Shown here: one piece after another, positions 16,300-29,610 of the stretch
Layout of the letters: the number at the start of each line of letters is the position of its first letter
How positions within the stretch are numbered: position 1 is the stretch's first letter
Source of the DNA: Octopus vulgaris
Lineage: Eukaryota
Length of the DNA: 64,000 bases
Direction of reading: 5' to 3'
Assembly (NCBI GenBank): GCA_951406725.2
Contig: OX597828.1
Span: forward strand, 26,660,001 to 26,724,000
The notes under the pieces: generated by a model
The model's input: the letters and a program-made list of their open reading frames with translations, nothing else
Told to the model about the DNA's origin: nothing
Database searches by the model: none
Made by a program: the position numbers and the translations under genes

Positions 16300-16847
16300 T
16301 TTCTTTCCAAAGAATTGAAGTGGAGTTTGACCGTTGTTTGTAATTACGCAAAGAACAAGGTGTAATATTTACGTTTTTTTTTCTTCTCAACGGCTTTCGT
16401 TGGTAAGCTAGCAAGCGAAGTGAAGTAAAAGTAGCATCGAGAATCGAAACCTTAGCTAGCAGACGAAACAGCTAAGGAAGCCTCTAAGTCGTAACAAGGT
16501 TTGCTAAAAATAACAGCAATATTTCCTCCATATCACACCATACTTTCTTAGAGAAGGAAGGGCACATTAGATATAATTCACGCTTTAGATTCAGAATGTC
16601 TGAGGAAAAAAATCGAATGGATGGTCTTGACGGGAACGTCAATGATGATAAGTCTTGTTGGTCCAGTGCTGACCTCCTGGGGTTATATAACATCAACATG
16701 GCGTGTGGATTCGTTGATAGGGAATTCATTAAATAAATAGAATTTGTTTGTTTACATCAGCATGAAATGAAAACTGCGATTCTTAAAGGGAAACGGGGGA
16801 CTTTGTGATGCACGTGCCTTTTCTTACAGACGACGTTAACGATATGT
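16300..16847 (+). promoter_or_regulatory. Putative promoter / 5' leader of a + strand gene
   Basis: Repeat-free, visibly CpG-retaining block just upstream of a strong donor (CCG|gtaagt at 16906/16907); contains short upstream ORFs. Confidence 0.35.
16596..16736 (+). other. Short ORF / candidate uORF, 46 aa (MSEEKNRMDGLDGNVNDDKSCWSSADLLGLYNINMACGFVDREFIK)
   Basis: ATG...TAA in unique sequence upstream of the candidate first coding exon; no homology recognised. Confidence 0.25.
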
Positions 16848-16906
16848 ATGAAGGGAAATAGTTTCGATCGAGAATCGATACCGTGTCGTGATAGATCGGT
16901 TCGCCG
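16848..16906 (+). CDS. Candidate first coding exon (MKGNSFDRESIPCRDRSVR + 2 nt, phase 2)
   Basis: Open frame ending at consensus donor CCG|gtaagt; an acceptor-like ccttttcttacag also ends at 16829; joins in frame to the exon at 50115. Confidence 0.4.
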
Positions 16907-18375
16907 GTAAGTAATGTCTTTTAGTTCTTCTTCCTCTTCTTTCTTTCTTGCTTCTTTTTTTTTCCCTCTTTGCCAAATTATAACGATTCAGATATTTAGC
17001 GTGTGTATGTGTGTGTTTCTGTAGTATTGTGCGTGGCTCTATGTTTGGTAGTGTGTGTATGTATTGGGGAAGCCGATAAATGCTAAGCAGTGGTGTTCAT
17101 ACCTATCCCAAGGGCATTTATAACGACGTAGTTATGAAGTGCTTTCGAAAATGAATCGAAACCGGCTCGCTTATTATTGTTGTTGTTGTTGTTATTGTGG
17201 TGATGGTGGTGGTGGTAATAGTTGTTTAGCCCCGGGTCTGTTCTGCTGAAGACATATCCATGATGAAAGCTTTCCAGCTATTTATAAATAACTCGTTCCC
17301 TCTAATTTAAAGACAATGGTTCCAGGACAAAATTTTCCAAAGTGTGCCCTTCCTTTTGATAAGGTGTTAGTCGAGAGGAATTTAGCTGCTATTTCTAGCA
17401 TCTCGAGCGACTACGCACTCGTCGAACATGCTAATTGACTTACGATAAATAAATACATACACAAACAGTGCTCACCAGCTTTCATAAGACGAAACACAAT
17501 ACTACTCATTAGATATTTATTTTTTATGCAAAAAAAAAAAAAAAAATTAAATAATTACCAGTAATACGTTGAGGTTTTTTAGTACCCCGGCGTTTATCAC
17601 GGAAATTTATTTTATACACAAAGAAGATTTGAACCCAGTGCCAGAGCGTCTTTAATTTCAAGGCGACCCACTGTTACCGGCATTCAATATAAATTTGCGT
17701 AAATGACAATGTTTTGAATTCACTCGTCACAAATAAAGAAATTTCATATATTTTTTGGGGAATGGGACTAGGGTAGTAGTTTTGACGTTCATGCCTTTCC
17801 AAAGGACACCGGGAAATAATGATGCTACTACTAATAATAATGATGAATAATAATGATGAATAATAATGGTTATTGATGGTAGCGATAAAATAAAGACCTA
17901 ATCAAAATAATCGATCCTTAATTTCAGTACTTGACTGGTAATTTTACTATCGACCCTAGATATTTGATAGGTAAAATTGGTTTAGGCAGGATTCGAACTC
18001 AGAATGTTGAGGGATACAACTAAATGCAGTTTACGTACATTGACAGTCAAGCACTTCACCGATTCCTAGAAATTTGACAGGCAAACTTGGGTCGACTGAA
18101 ATCGAATTAAATGCAGTTTATTTATTATTTGTTTGCAGAACTTTCATTCCTTTGCGAAGGTTAGGCATGATTGTCAAAACATCCCATAATTTTCTTATGA
18201 ATACGATGTATTGTGCCTCGTCAAAATAACAGAATTACTGTCAAGTGGAAAAAAAGATAACAACGAAAATAAACAAAAAATAAAAAAACAATGTTATTAA
18301 ATCATAATAAGAATTAGGACAAAGTGAAATAAGTTTTAATAAGTTTTTTACTGGGCAGATTATCTGACATGTTTC

Positions 18376-19180
<805 letters not shown>

Positions 19181-21945
19181 GCGTATATACGAACAGGCAT
19201 GAAATATACAAAAATGCAAATCACAAACCCATATATTTCACTACTGCCTCTCGTGCCATGTAAAACATTTCCATTTTGTCTTCTGCTGCCAATAAATTCG
19301 CCCAGCTGTTGCAAGTTGCTTCGTTCCGGCCTGCACGGTGGAAGCGCTCCATGTTTTGGTATCAACCCATGCTAAAGTACCTATTTATTATGTATGACCA
19401 TATGATAAACATTGCTTCCGCCCCATTGGCTATAACTAACACGACGCGATTGAGAAAAACGCCAATTATCTTTTCTTATTTCGCAGCCTTCGCCAAGAAA
19501 CTTACGCGAAAAAAGGAGGGTAAAAATCAGAGGCAAAAATTACAAAAAGAAAAACAAACAATACATATATATATTCTTTGAGAGAAACAAGTTATAGAAG
19601 AAAAATAGAAAACCAGAAATAAAATGAGAAAATAAAATGGCATAAAAATATTAACAAAAATTAACTTTTGCGCTTATAAAGAGTGAAAAAAAAAATAGAT
19701 AATTGACGTGTTTGTTTGTACGTGTGCGTGTGTGTGGAATTGAGAAGGGTGTGTGTTGATAAGACACTGGAAAAGTATATATGCGCACATTCATTCATAC
19801 ATACATACATACACACATATATCAACGTATACCTATTATATAACTGTATGTGTGTATTTGTATTATATGACCAGACATTAACTTTATTTCTTTCATATAT
19901 ATAATTACATACATGTATGTATTGCATTCATACATGCACACATGCATAAATGTACAGGTAATTTTTGCATGCATACTACATGAATATGTATGTTAACATA
20001 CAGGTAACATGAATGAATGAAGGTATATGACTACATTTATTGGTGTGCATAGATAACGTGTGTATGTAAACATTCACATCTTAATAGACTGTAACGTATT
20101 TGTAAACAAGGACGGTTTTCGAATGAAAATATGCAATCTCTACACGTATGCGTTACTATAAGTTTTCATTTCTCTTTCTTACAAATATGTGTATGTATGC
20201 ATTTTTACATATATATAAAGCGCACTTGTGTGATAAAATGTCAGCACGGAAATCTATTTGTATTCTTTAATTAAACTGATATTTACAGTGTTTGTTCCTT
20301 TATTAGAATCCTTTGAAACATCGTTGTTACTTTTAATAATATCAATGTTAATATTAACATTGAATGGCATTTAGTTTAAGTCATCCTACGATAGTTTATT
20401 TATTCTTTCTCTCTCTCTCTCTTAAAAGAAATAATTTTATAGTAACTCTAGTATTGTAATTTTACTACGTTCATTTTATTATCAATCAGTAGTATTTATT
20501 ACTCGTCAATGAAACAAAATCTTCCAACTCCGCAGCAGTGTTTTGGATAAGAGAACATTTTTCACAACTCACATGTGAGATAGTATTGTTATTATCCGAA
20601 CAGTAAGCGGCCGAGTTCCTAATGTGGGAGGGTACAAATTTACGGAAAAATGAAAATAAATACGGTTGTAATTTTGATTATATATATATATTTTTTATTT
20701 TAGTTGAATTTTTTAGTTACAAGTAATTGCCATATCACCATTTTTTTTTTCAGTAAACTAATGCGAAAATAATCATACAACAAGAACAATTAATCATTTA
20801 AGTGTTAGGCGACTGTTTATCACTATTTAAGCGGCCCCACAACCCCTGTGACCCCACTAACCGAAAACATGGCCTCCATCAAGACATGTGAAAATTCAAT
20901 TGCTGTTCTAAGCGGAAAACAAATTAAGCTGTTCGATATTCGGTAATTATTACAACATTTACTCATTTTTAGTTCAATTTGCAATTTGAATTTTTAAGTA
21001 TGATACTCCATGCCTGTTATTGGAGAAGACCAGTTGTGTTCTTTACACGCTTTCACCGTACACCACGTGCTTATGTGATGACGTTCTTTTGTCAAACGCA
21101 CATGTCTGTTGTTTAGTTTCTCATCTCCCTACGTCTATTGACTAATATCGATCTCCGGCTTGTGAGCGATAAATCAATAAAGATTATCTTCACCGGGAAA
21201 ATACTTTAAGGACACCCCTAGATACTTGTATCATCTTTATTATTATTATTTTTCTACCTTTCTTATGAACTGTTAACGTTGGAATTTTTTAATTTTACTG
21301 TATTCAAAACTCTCAACGCAATTTACATATTTATTGAATTACTTTATTACGCTTTGGCTTCGCTGTTCTATTTGGTTTTACAGGTGTGCACACATTTGTT
21401 TTCTTTTCGTTTACTCTTCAAAGATTTTGGCTTCGCAAAATACCACGTGTATCGACTCACTCCTTGCCGGTATTTATAGTATCAAAACATTACCCTCACA
21501 GCACGCGTATTATGTTTTCACGTTTACATTTATGAACCTCGTTTGCCACAAAGCGACCAAGTTTTACAAAAAACAATTTTAGTCCACGTTACCATAACTG
21601 TTCTCTTCTAAAATTTCTGTGGGTTTTTTTTTTCTTCTATATTTCCACAAAGAAGAAAACTAAATTTGTTATTGGATTATAATGAGGAATTTTTATCGTT
21701 TTATAATAAGGATGTTATAGGGTACACTGTTTTGCTAATTATGGCATATGTAGTAATTTCTAATTATGGAATGTAATTTTTTGAAGTTCGGTATTTATCT
21801 TTTTCTCTCTCTCTCTCTCTAATATATATGTACGTGTGTGTGTGTGTGAGCAGGGCCGGATTAACAGGGTGGCGGTGCAGACAATTGACCCGGGCCCCGC
21901 TAGATACGAAGGGCATGTAGCACTCAATACGGGGGACACCCCACC

Positions 21946-22157
21946 GGTACTATTTCAGAAGAGTGGTCCCGGTGTGCGTACTCCCGTGTCTAGTCAATCC
22001 TTACTCTGTTTTTGTTTTATTTACTCTGTGTAAAAAAATTTATTTATTTTGTGTTTTATTTACTTTGCTAGGTAGTCGTTGTAGGATCAACTAGTCACGA
22101 CTAGCTAGCGTGAATGTGCGAGTGCGCGCACCGGGACCACTCTTCTTAAATAGTACC
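21946..22157. mobile_element. MITE, 212 bp, ~40-bp TIRs, 4-bp TSD CACC, superfamily unassigned
   Basis: Left GGTACTATTTCAGAAGAGTGGTCCCGGTGTGCGTACTC versus right reverse complement GGTACTATTTAAGAAGAGTGGTCCCGGTGCGCGCACTC; CACC at 21942-21945 and 22158-22161. Confidence 0.85.
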
Positions 22158-22890
22158 CACCCAACTATCAGGCGTGAACTTCTTTAGAATTGTAACGGCT
22201 TCTCTTTTATGAGAAATAAGCATAGATTTTGACACCTTAGAGACACCAATTCAATTAAAAACCCAGACGGTAGAGAAAAAGGAAAACAACAGAACACACC
22301 TGAAAATGTATGTATAAAGATGAAGATAGTGACAGAAAGAAGTTATTGTCTCTAGCTCAAATTCCTTCTTCCAACGCATGACTGAGCAAATAACCTTGGC
22401 TTGACCACAGGCATACACACATACATTCCTACTTTTAAACTTATTTCAGTTGAAAGCTGGTCTTATTTTATGAATCATGTTCCAAAATTAAAATTTTGAA
22501 TTTAGTTTTAATATTAAAAACACCAGTTTTCAACCATTACATTGCAAGTATTGTATTCCTATTTGGTACCATTTCATCTTCTTTGGGTGTAAAAATTGGT
22601 CCGTATAGTTTATGTAGTTGTTGTTGAAGTTCAGAAAGTTTGAAACGTAGGTGACTGGTACATTTTTTTTCAAGAAAGCTTTCCTCAACTTTGACCCAAT
22701 AAATATCTGGATAATTTTTGGTGTTTAACCATTAATATTCTTTTCTCTATTGGATTCTACATACAGTTTTTTGCCCACACTAATATCTAATTTGATAATT
22801 CTTCAAGTTTCACAAAAAAAAAAAAAGTTTCAATTGGAACAAAATGTGTGAAGACTACTTTTAATTTCTCCTCTTTAACTTTGTGATGCA

Positions 22891-23027
22891 CACTCTCCTA
22901 CCCTGATGTAATCTCCAGGGATACAGGCATCCAGCAACAGGACCTCCGTAATGCTATGATGGACCGTGAAGTCTGGCGTAACATAGTAAATTCCATTGTC
23001 TCGACCACAGTCGAACAATGATGATGA
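22891..23027 (+). mobile_element. 5'-truncated RTE-group LINE 3' end with 10-bp TSD
   Basis: Frame LSYPDVISRDTGIQQQDLRNAMMDREVWRNIVNSIVSTTVEQ* (DTG..L..M.DR..WR motif) runs into (TGA)n; TSD TTGTGATGCA at 22881-22890 and 23028-23037. Confidence 0.85.
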
Positions 23028-24206
23028 TTGTGATGCATAAAATATATCAGGAAGAAAAACCACTCTGGCCGCTCATGAAGAGAATATTTTATGTTGAATT
23101 TCTAGATTTAGTCGCGTTTCATTAATTTTGTATCCTATGCTATTTTTCCATGCTCCTCTTTCATTTGAATAAGGTATTTAAAATGTTTGTTGCCTTTCTC
23201 ATCTTTCTGATGGCTGTTTATGTGTATGAGTCTTTATTCAAATTATTTGAATACAGACACACACACACTGTGTGGGTGTGTAAACAAATAATTTATCATG
23301 AGCAAATGCATTTTATTGTTGCATGCCCTCAGTCGGATTTCATGACAAATCTTTGAATTATTTGGTGAAGGGAGAACAAGTTGTATTATTTGATATGGAG
23401 TGTTCAACATCTAGTTGCTGAGATACAGAAATTGTGTTTCAAATGTGTGAATGATTTTTCCTTATCAGATTTATTATGAGCAACGGTCAATGGACCTTTC
23501 TCAGTACTCGTAACCTTATCACTAAATGGCACAACGTAATGTTATCTCTGACTGACCACAAATAATTCTTCTTTCGTCCACAGGGGACGGATGCTCTTTC
23601 CACACCATTCAAGTTCTTTCTTCAGACAATTTATGGCTTTTCATGGTTACTTTTGTACGGAAACGCATCAACAAATGGTTCCGTTATTGCCATAAATTTT
23701 ATGACCGATTTTTCTCTTCAACTTTGTGATGCCTTGTATTTTTAGATAAGTTTAAATGGGGTAAATATTGAGCTGAACCTACTGTCAAATTCATGTTTCA
23801 TTAAATATCGTTTTGAAGCAAATATTTAAAGAATTTAATGGAATTGTCAGTTAAATAAATTTCCCCTTCACCAGAAAAACGATTTTGTTGAAAATACTCC
23901 AATATCTTATGAGCAAGTATGCCGGTATTTTAACTGTATGTTCTGACCAAAGACAAACCAATAAATTCTTTGTAATATTTGTGTCTTTGAAACTGAACCG
24001 AACCACATGCATTCCTCAACCCAAGTCATTTCCATTTAATTTTTTTTCAACTTTACACTGTTGTTTTAAAGAAAATTGTGGAGAAAAACTCAACTGAAGT
24101 TGAACGTTTTTTAAAAGCATACAAATATAAAAAAGAAAAAAATGCCTAAAATCCAATACTGGAGTGCAAAGTCGAATCAAATACTAGTGAAAATATGTGC
24201 AGACCA

Positions 24207-24635
24207 GGCAGCGAGCTGGCAGAAATGCTTAGCGGTATTTTGCGGCAAGCTGGCAGAATCGTGAGCACGCCGGGCAAAATGCGTAGCGCGGCACTTTGTC
24301 CGAGTTCAAATTCCGCTGAGGTTGACTTTTCCTTTCATCCTTTTGGGGTCGATAAATTAAGTACCAGTTCTGCACTGGGGTCGATGTAATCGACTTAATA
24401 CCTATGTCTGTCCTTGTTTGTCCCCTCTATGTTTAGCCCCTTGTGGGTAATAAAGAAATAGGTATTTTGTCTTTATATTCTGAGTTCAAATTCTGCTGTG
24501 GTCGACTTTGTCTTTCATCCTTTTGGGGGTCAATAAGTTAAGTACCAGTTGCATACTGGGGTTGATCTAATTGACTAGTCACCCCCCCTTTCTTCCCCAA
24601 ATTTTTGTGCCTAAAGTAGGTAAGTAGAAAAGAAT
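24207..24635 (+). mobile_element. SINE family C (Nin-domain-like), one full and one partial tandem copy
   Basis: Head ggcagcgagctggcagaa...gagttcaaattcc and core gactttgcctttcatccttttggggtcgataaattaagtacc, which resembles the Nin SINE domain; many other copies in the window. Confidence 0.8.
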
Positions 24636-24777
24636 ATGTACAGACCATTTGTTCAAACAGATATAAATAAATTTAAAATATTTTTCTGTGTTACATCGTT
24701 TTTTGAGTTCTTACGGAAAACCGAATTCCGATGTAAGCTGAGGTATGCCTGTATTTTTCCTGCATCTATAGTAAAAA

Positions 24778-25048
24778 TCATCATCATCATCGTTTAACGT
24801 CCGTTCTCCATGCTAGCATGGGTTGGACGGTTCGACCGGGGATCTGGGAAGCCAGAAGGCTGCTCCAGTCTTATCTGGCAATGTTTCTACAGCTGGATGC
24901 CCTTCCTAATGCCAACCACTCCGTGAGTGTAGTGGGTGCTTTTTACGTGCCATCTGCACAGGTGCCAGGCGAGGCTGGCAACGGCCACGGTCGGATTGGT
25001 GTATTTTATGTGCCACCGGCACGGAAGCCAGTCGAGGCAGTGCTGGCA
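24778..25048 (-). mobile_element. RTE-tail repeat (family R), truncated copy with (GAT)n tail
   Basis: Matches 45900-46311 and 63526-63853 in reverse orientation. Confidence 0.85.
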
Positions 25049-25196
25049 TATGAACAAAATAGTATGGAACAAAATGGATCTTTTCTGTTTGGCTTTCACT
25101 TTTTTTGAAATTTTAAAATCAAGTGAAAATTTTCTGTGATGAAAGTTGTATGAAGTTTTGAGGAATAATAATTGAATGAAACGTTAGAAGAGGCAA

Positions 25197-25950
25197 TCAT
25201 CATCATCATTTAACATCCATTTTCAATGCTGGTGTGGGTTGGACGGTTTGACAGGAACTGGTCAGCTGAAGAGCTGCTCGGGCTCCAATTGCCTGTTTTT
25301 GGCGTGGTTTCTGTGGCTGGATGCCCTTCCTAACACCAACCACCTTACAGAAAGTACTGGGTGCTTTTATGCAGTACTGGCACAGGTGCTCCACCACTCG
25401 CAAGCCTGCAAGATTAGGAATGCTTAGCTGGAGAGGGTTACAGGGGACAAGCCTGTATGCAAGGACAACCACACTTAGCTTGGCATGTTTTCTCAAGCGC
25501 AGCAAACTGCCAGTAGTCTCAGTCTCTTGTCATCCCCTCTGTGAGTCCCAATGTCTGTAGATCTTTTCTCACTACTTCATTCCACATGTTCCTTCTACCT
25601 ACGATTAGAGATCAGCACCTTGATGCAACTGTCTTCATATGCATTGACTGCACCAGTGCAGTCTTCTCTTGCACACTACATCTGAAGCTTCGTATACCCA
25701 GCTTTTCTCTCAAATCACACTCTGTTGTATATGCACACTGACATTACTCATCCTGGGAAGCATACTGGCTTCATTTCTTTCAAGCCTTCGCATCTCCTCA
25801 GTATTCACAGCCCATGTCTCTTTGCCATGTATCATAGCTGTTTGTACACAGGCATCATACAACCTGACTTTCATTCTGATGGATAAGCCCTTCACTACTA
25901 ACACAGGTAGTAGCTCGCTAAACATCGCCCAGCCTGTTCTTATTCTAGTA
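25197..25950 (-). mobile_element. Decayed RTE-clade LINE: ORF2 C-terminus, 3' UTR and (GAT)n tail
   Basis: ORF 25710-25925 FSELLPVLVVKGLSIRMKVRLYDACVQTAMIHGKETW...RRLERNEASML is the typical post-RT region of RTE ORF2; continues with frameshifts into the family R 3' sequence. Confidence 0.88.
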
Positions 25951-28900
25951 ACTATGCTAGAAAGGAAAAAATTATCAATGAAAAGAAATTTTATTTTTTA
26001 TGTGTAAAACTAAAGAAAAAAGAATGCCCCAAAATCTCTTACATTATATGACTGCTGTTCAGTTTATGTAAACAATTAATTGCAGAAATTCAAAAACAAA
26101 AGTTTGAGATGCACCTAGGTTGATGGTTAGAATTAAGATTTAGTGTTAGGGTCAGTCTGACCAGTGGATGACCTGGGGTTAATCAATTAGTAGCATATTT
26201 TTAGTGAACAAAAGGCCAAATTTGAAAAAACAAATTAATACGTTTATGTAGCGAAAATTAAAAAATGAAAATTCACAATATAGGTACAGTGGCTTTAAGC
26301 AGACTGCAGCTTAGCTTATTACTATGAAAATGGACACAAATGTGTCTCTGTGGATTATGATTGGCTAAAATTACCCAAAATCTGCAAATTTTAAAAGCTA
26401 TTAACTTTTTATTTATTAATTTATAGCAAAAATGAATTTCGGTTCCATAATTAGCACAGAAAACTACATCAATATACCAAATTTGAAAAGAATTGGAACA
26501 AAATTTGAGGAATTGGAAAGTGAAAACCAAACAGAAAAATACCCATTATCTAAATGGTGTTTGAATCTCTTATCATAGATTCCTAAGAATGCTTCTGATT
26601 AAAGTGACTCAAGTCATGCCATGCTCTTAATATTATTTGCACCTCCAAGGAGCTTGTATTTGATCATTCAGCTTGGTAAAAATAAAAACTAAGTCTCACT
26701 TGAATAGCACTTAAAAGAGGACACATTAATTGGGCAGGCTTGATAGTAGGCTACTGTAGATTGATGAGGTCCAATGAACTGAAACCTGTTTGTTGTTCTG
26801 TCCCTTGCCTGCAATGATCAAATTTCCCTCTAAGCAGGTGAACTTTGTAAAATTAATTTTTAATTTCTTGATATTTTCTTCTCTTTGAGTTACTAATAAT
26901 TGTTGCAAAGAAAAGATTTTTCTAATATTATTTTTGCATGGCATTTGAGCCACCATCCCATAATTTAATATAGTATGAGGTACCCTCCCACTAAAACAAT
27001 TGGCGTGAGTGGCTGTGTGGTAAGAAGTTTGCTTCCCAACCACATGGTTCTGGGTTCAGTCCCATGTGTCTGTGGAGTGCTCAACCACTTGCATATTAAT
27101 TTCACAAGTAGGCTGTCCCATTGGTGACATCAACTCGAACCCTTGTGTCAATTATGTATTATACATGTAATAATATATTGTGCACTTTTTGTTATATATG
27201 TAATCTCCCCAGTCCATGGGCCCAATAAATGTTGGGCTGCTAATTTAAGCAACTGCATCATTTCAGCTGTTATTCATTCCAGCTGAAATTTTAGAAATAA
27301 TAACAGGGCAATCTTTTTAAAGTTTTTCAATAGCTGTAATACAGCTAATTTCGCTGATCGTCTTTTGCCTTCTGATAAACACAACAACAGCAATTTATCG
27401 TTTTGTTTTATTGGCTTAGCAAGAGTTTATTTCTGCTTTCTTCTTTAAAATTTTACATTCTAGAGTAATTTCTAATGACTGAATCACTGTCTTGATCTAG
27501 AAGTAGAATTTACTGGAGTAAACCATTATTATTATTATTATTAAGATGTGTTGTTTATGAGTTAGTTGTTAATTACATTAAGTTCAGTTTTGTTATTGTT
27601 GTGTAACTCTTCGTCTGCCTTCATTGTGCAGATCTTAGAATCAATATTCCAGTTGTGACCATCCCATCTGTGTGTTCGTGTGTATCTCTCTCTCTTTCTC
27701 GTATACACACACACACACACAGACTAGACTACACGTGACCTGTTGGATTATTATTACTAATTGGCTGAAATTAGTTTCTCATGGGACCAACCAATGCATG
27801 AAACTATTGACCCTTGAGTCACTCTGTAAGTTCTGATTAATAATAATAATAAATTTTCTTAGTTTAAAAAAAAAAAAGTTTTGTGGAAAGCCCTTTCCTC
27901 AGGGGGAAGGAATATATTATAGATGTATCTAAGTTTGTAAAGGCAAAAGAATCTTAGGGGTTGAAAATTTTGATGTCTCCCTAAAATTTAGAGTGGGATC
28001 AGGATCAGAAATGACATACATATAAACCTAAGTTGGAAAATATGTCTACTGATTGTCAGATTCTCTTGATTTTTATAAGTAAATCCAATAAACTATTGCA
28101 TGTAACCGGGTTTCTCAATGTTAAAAGCAAACTTGCTGTGTTCTGTGATGCTGTTTCATAAGAAACTTGGTGGTGGTGGTGGAAGGAACATTCATCACAA
28201 ATTCAAGAGGAGTGGGGTTTTTTTTTTTTTTTTTTTTTTTGTTCATAGCTTTCACCTTCTCTATTTTTTTCTCTTGATATTGAATTTGCTTGCTTGCTGC
28301 TATTCCATTCCCTTGCTACCACTGGGGCAATATTTAAACTGAAGGATTCTTCAAACTAAAGCTAGTTTTAAATAAATCCTTATTCTCGACTCCTTTTGTG
28401 AAAAAAAAAATAAGAAAAGATTAAATAAAATAAAATCTAGAACTTACAAAACTAAAAAAAAAAAAAACAACTAAAATGTTTTTCTCCAAAAAGGATTGTC
28501 ATGTTGGAAGTGATATGAAAAGGACCAGGTTTTATTTACCATATTTTGTTGTTTTGTTTTGAAGTTCTGTAGCTTGTAAAGAAGCGTCACACAGAAAAAA
28601 AAACATTGTCTTGTCAAAGTTTTAATGTTGTCAGCTCTATAAGTTTAAGGTTAGGGATGTTGTTGTTTTTACTTTCAAGTGAGAATAGATAGCCTCCTTG
28701 CCATTTTTTATTTCTTTATTTCTGTTTTTTAAAACCTGATTCTCTCAATATTAGTCTTCAGAAAAAAAGAAGCTTAAGTTACTTTTGTGAAAAGTCAATA
28801 TTTAGTCTATGGGTTGAATAACTGAAAATAAAGCATAAATATATGGTATTTGAACAACTTTCTTTAGAAAGTTGTGTGTTGTTTTGTTTGTGTTATTTTC

Positions 28901-29010
28901 ATGGACCCACAACCATTCATAATTTTGGTTGCTGTTAACCAGGTTTGAACTTAACCCACCCAAAACTGCCCAACACCACCCCTGATTTTAATGTATAAAC
29001 TTCCCCCTTT

Positions 29011-29208
29011 TTAACCCTTCGGCATTCACATTCTGTCAAAATTAATGCTTATTTATTCACATTGATTTATTATATAGCTTTGAGATTTCAGTGTTGTGAT
29101 TATTTTTAGAATGATATTTGGTATGAGTAACTGGAAATGGCCAGTTTGAACATAGAACCACTAGAATATTTTGGCTGGATATGGTCAGTTTAAAACCTAA
29201 AGAGTCAA
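29011..29208. mobile_element. piggyBac-like MITE family P1, decayed copy
   Basis: Begins ttaaccctt..gcatt; related copies at about 37457-37657, 38470-38640, 43940-44130 and 45849-46453. Confidence 0.6.
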
Positions 29209-29610
29209 GTAATTTAAATTAAAAATTCCTTTTAAAATTTCATCTTGGTTTATATTCCGAAAATGTCAGCTTAATTATGATAAATATTTTAGCATATTCT
29301 TTACTACTTTTAAAACTAACGGAAAGAAAAAAAGAAAACTGTATTTCAGTGTGACTGTTAACAATCTTTAATTCCAAACTTTTGTAATTTCATGTAAGAG
29401 CCTTTTCTGGTAATTTACATTCCAAATACCAATATAACATCAAAACTATCAAGTTATTTTAGTAAATCCCTTCCACGTTTCATCTTTGTAAGAATTGAGT
29501 TGGTGCATTTCATTTGACAAATAATCATAGAAAAGTCTTGATATTTTGAATTGGCATGTGTGTCTTGTTCTTTGGCAAATTTTTTAATTAAGAAAAGTTT
29601 TCTGAAATCT

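Noticed and set aside
16486-16502. rRNA gene call from the SSU 3' motif
   Set aside because: Only 17 nt match and the flanks are not rRNA; kept as a finding, not as an rRNA feature.
23584-23760. Strong acceptor ttcttctttcgtccacag followed by partly open frames
   Set aside because: The frames I checked, including the one in phase with the 16906 donor, stop before any convincing donor; could be a non-coding or poison exon but is unsupported.
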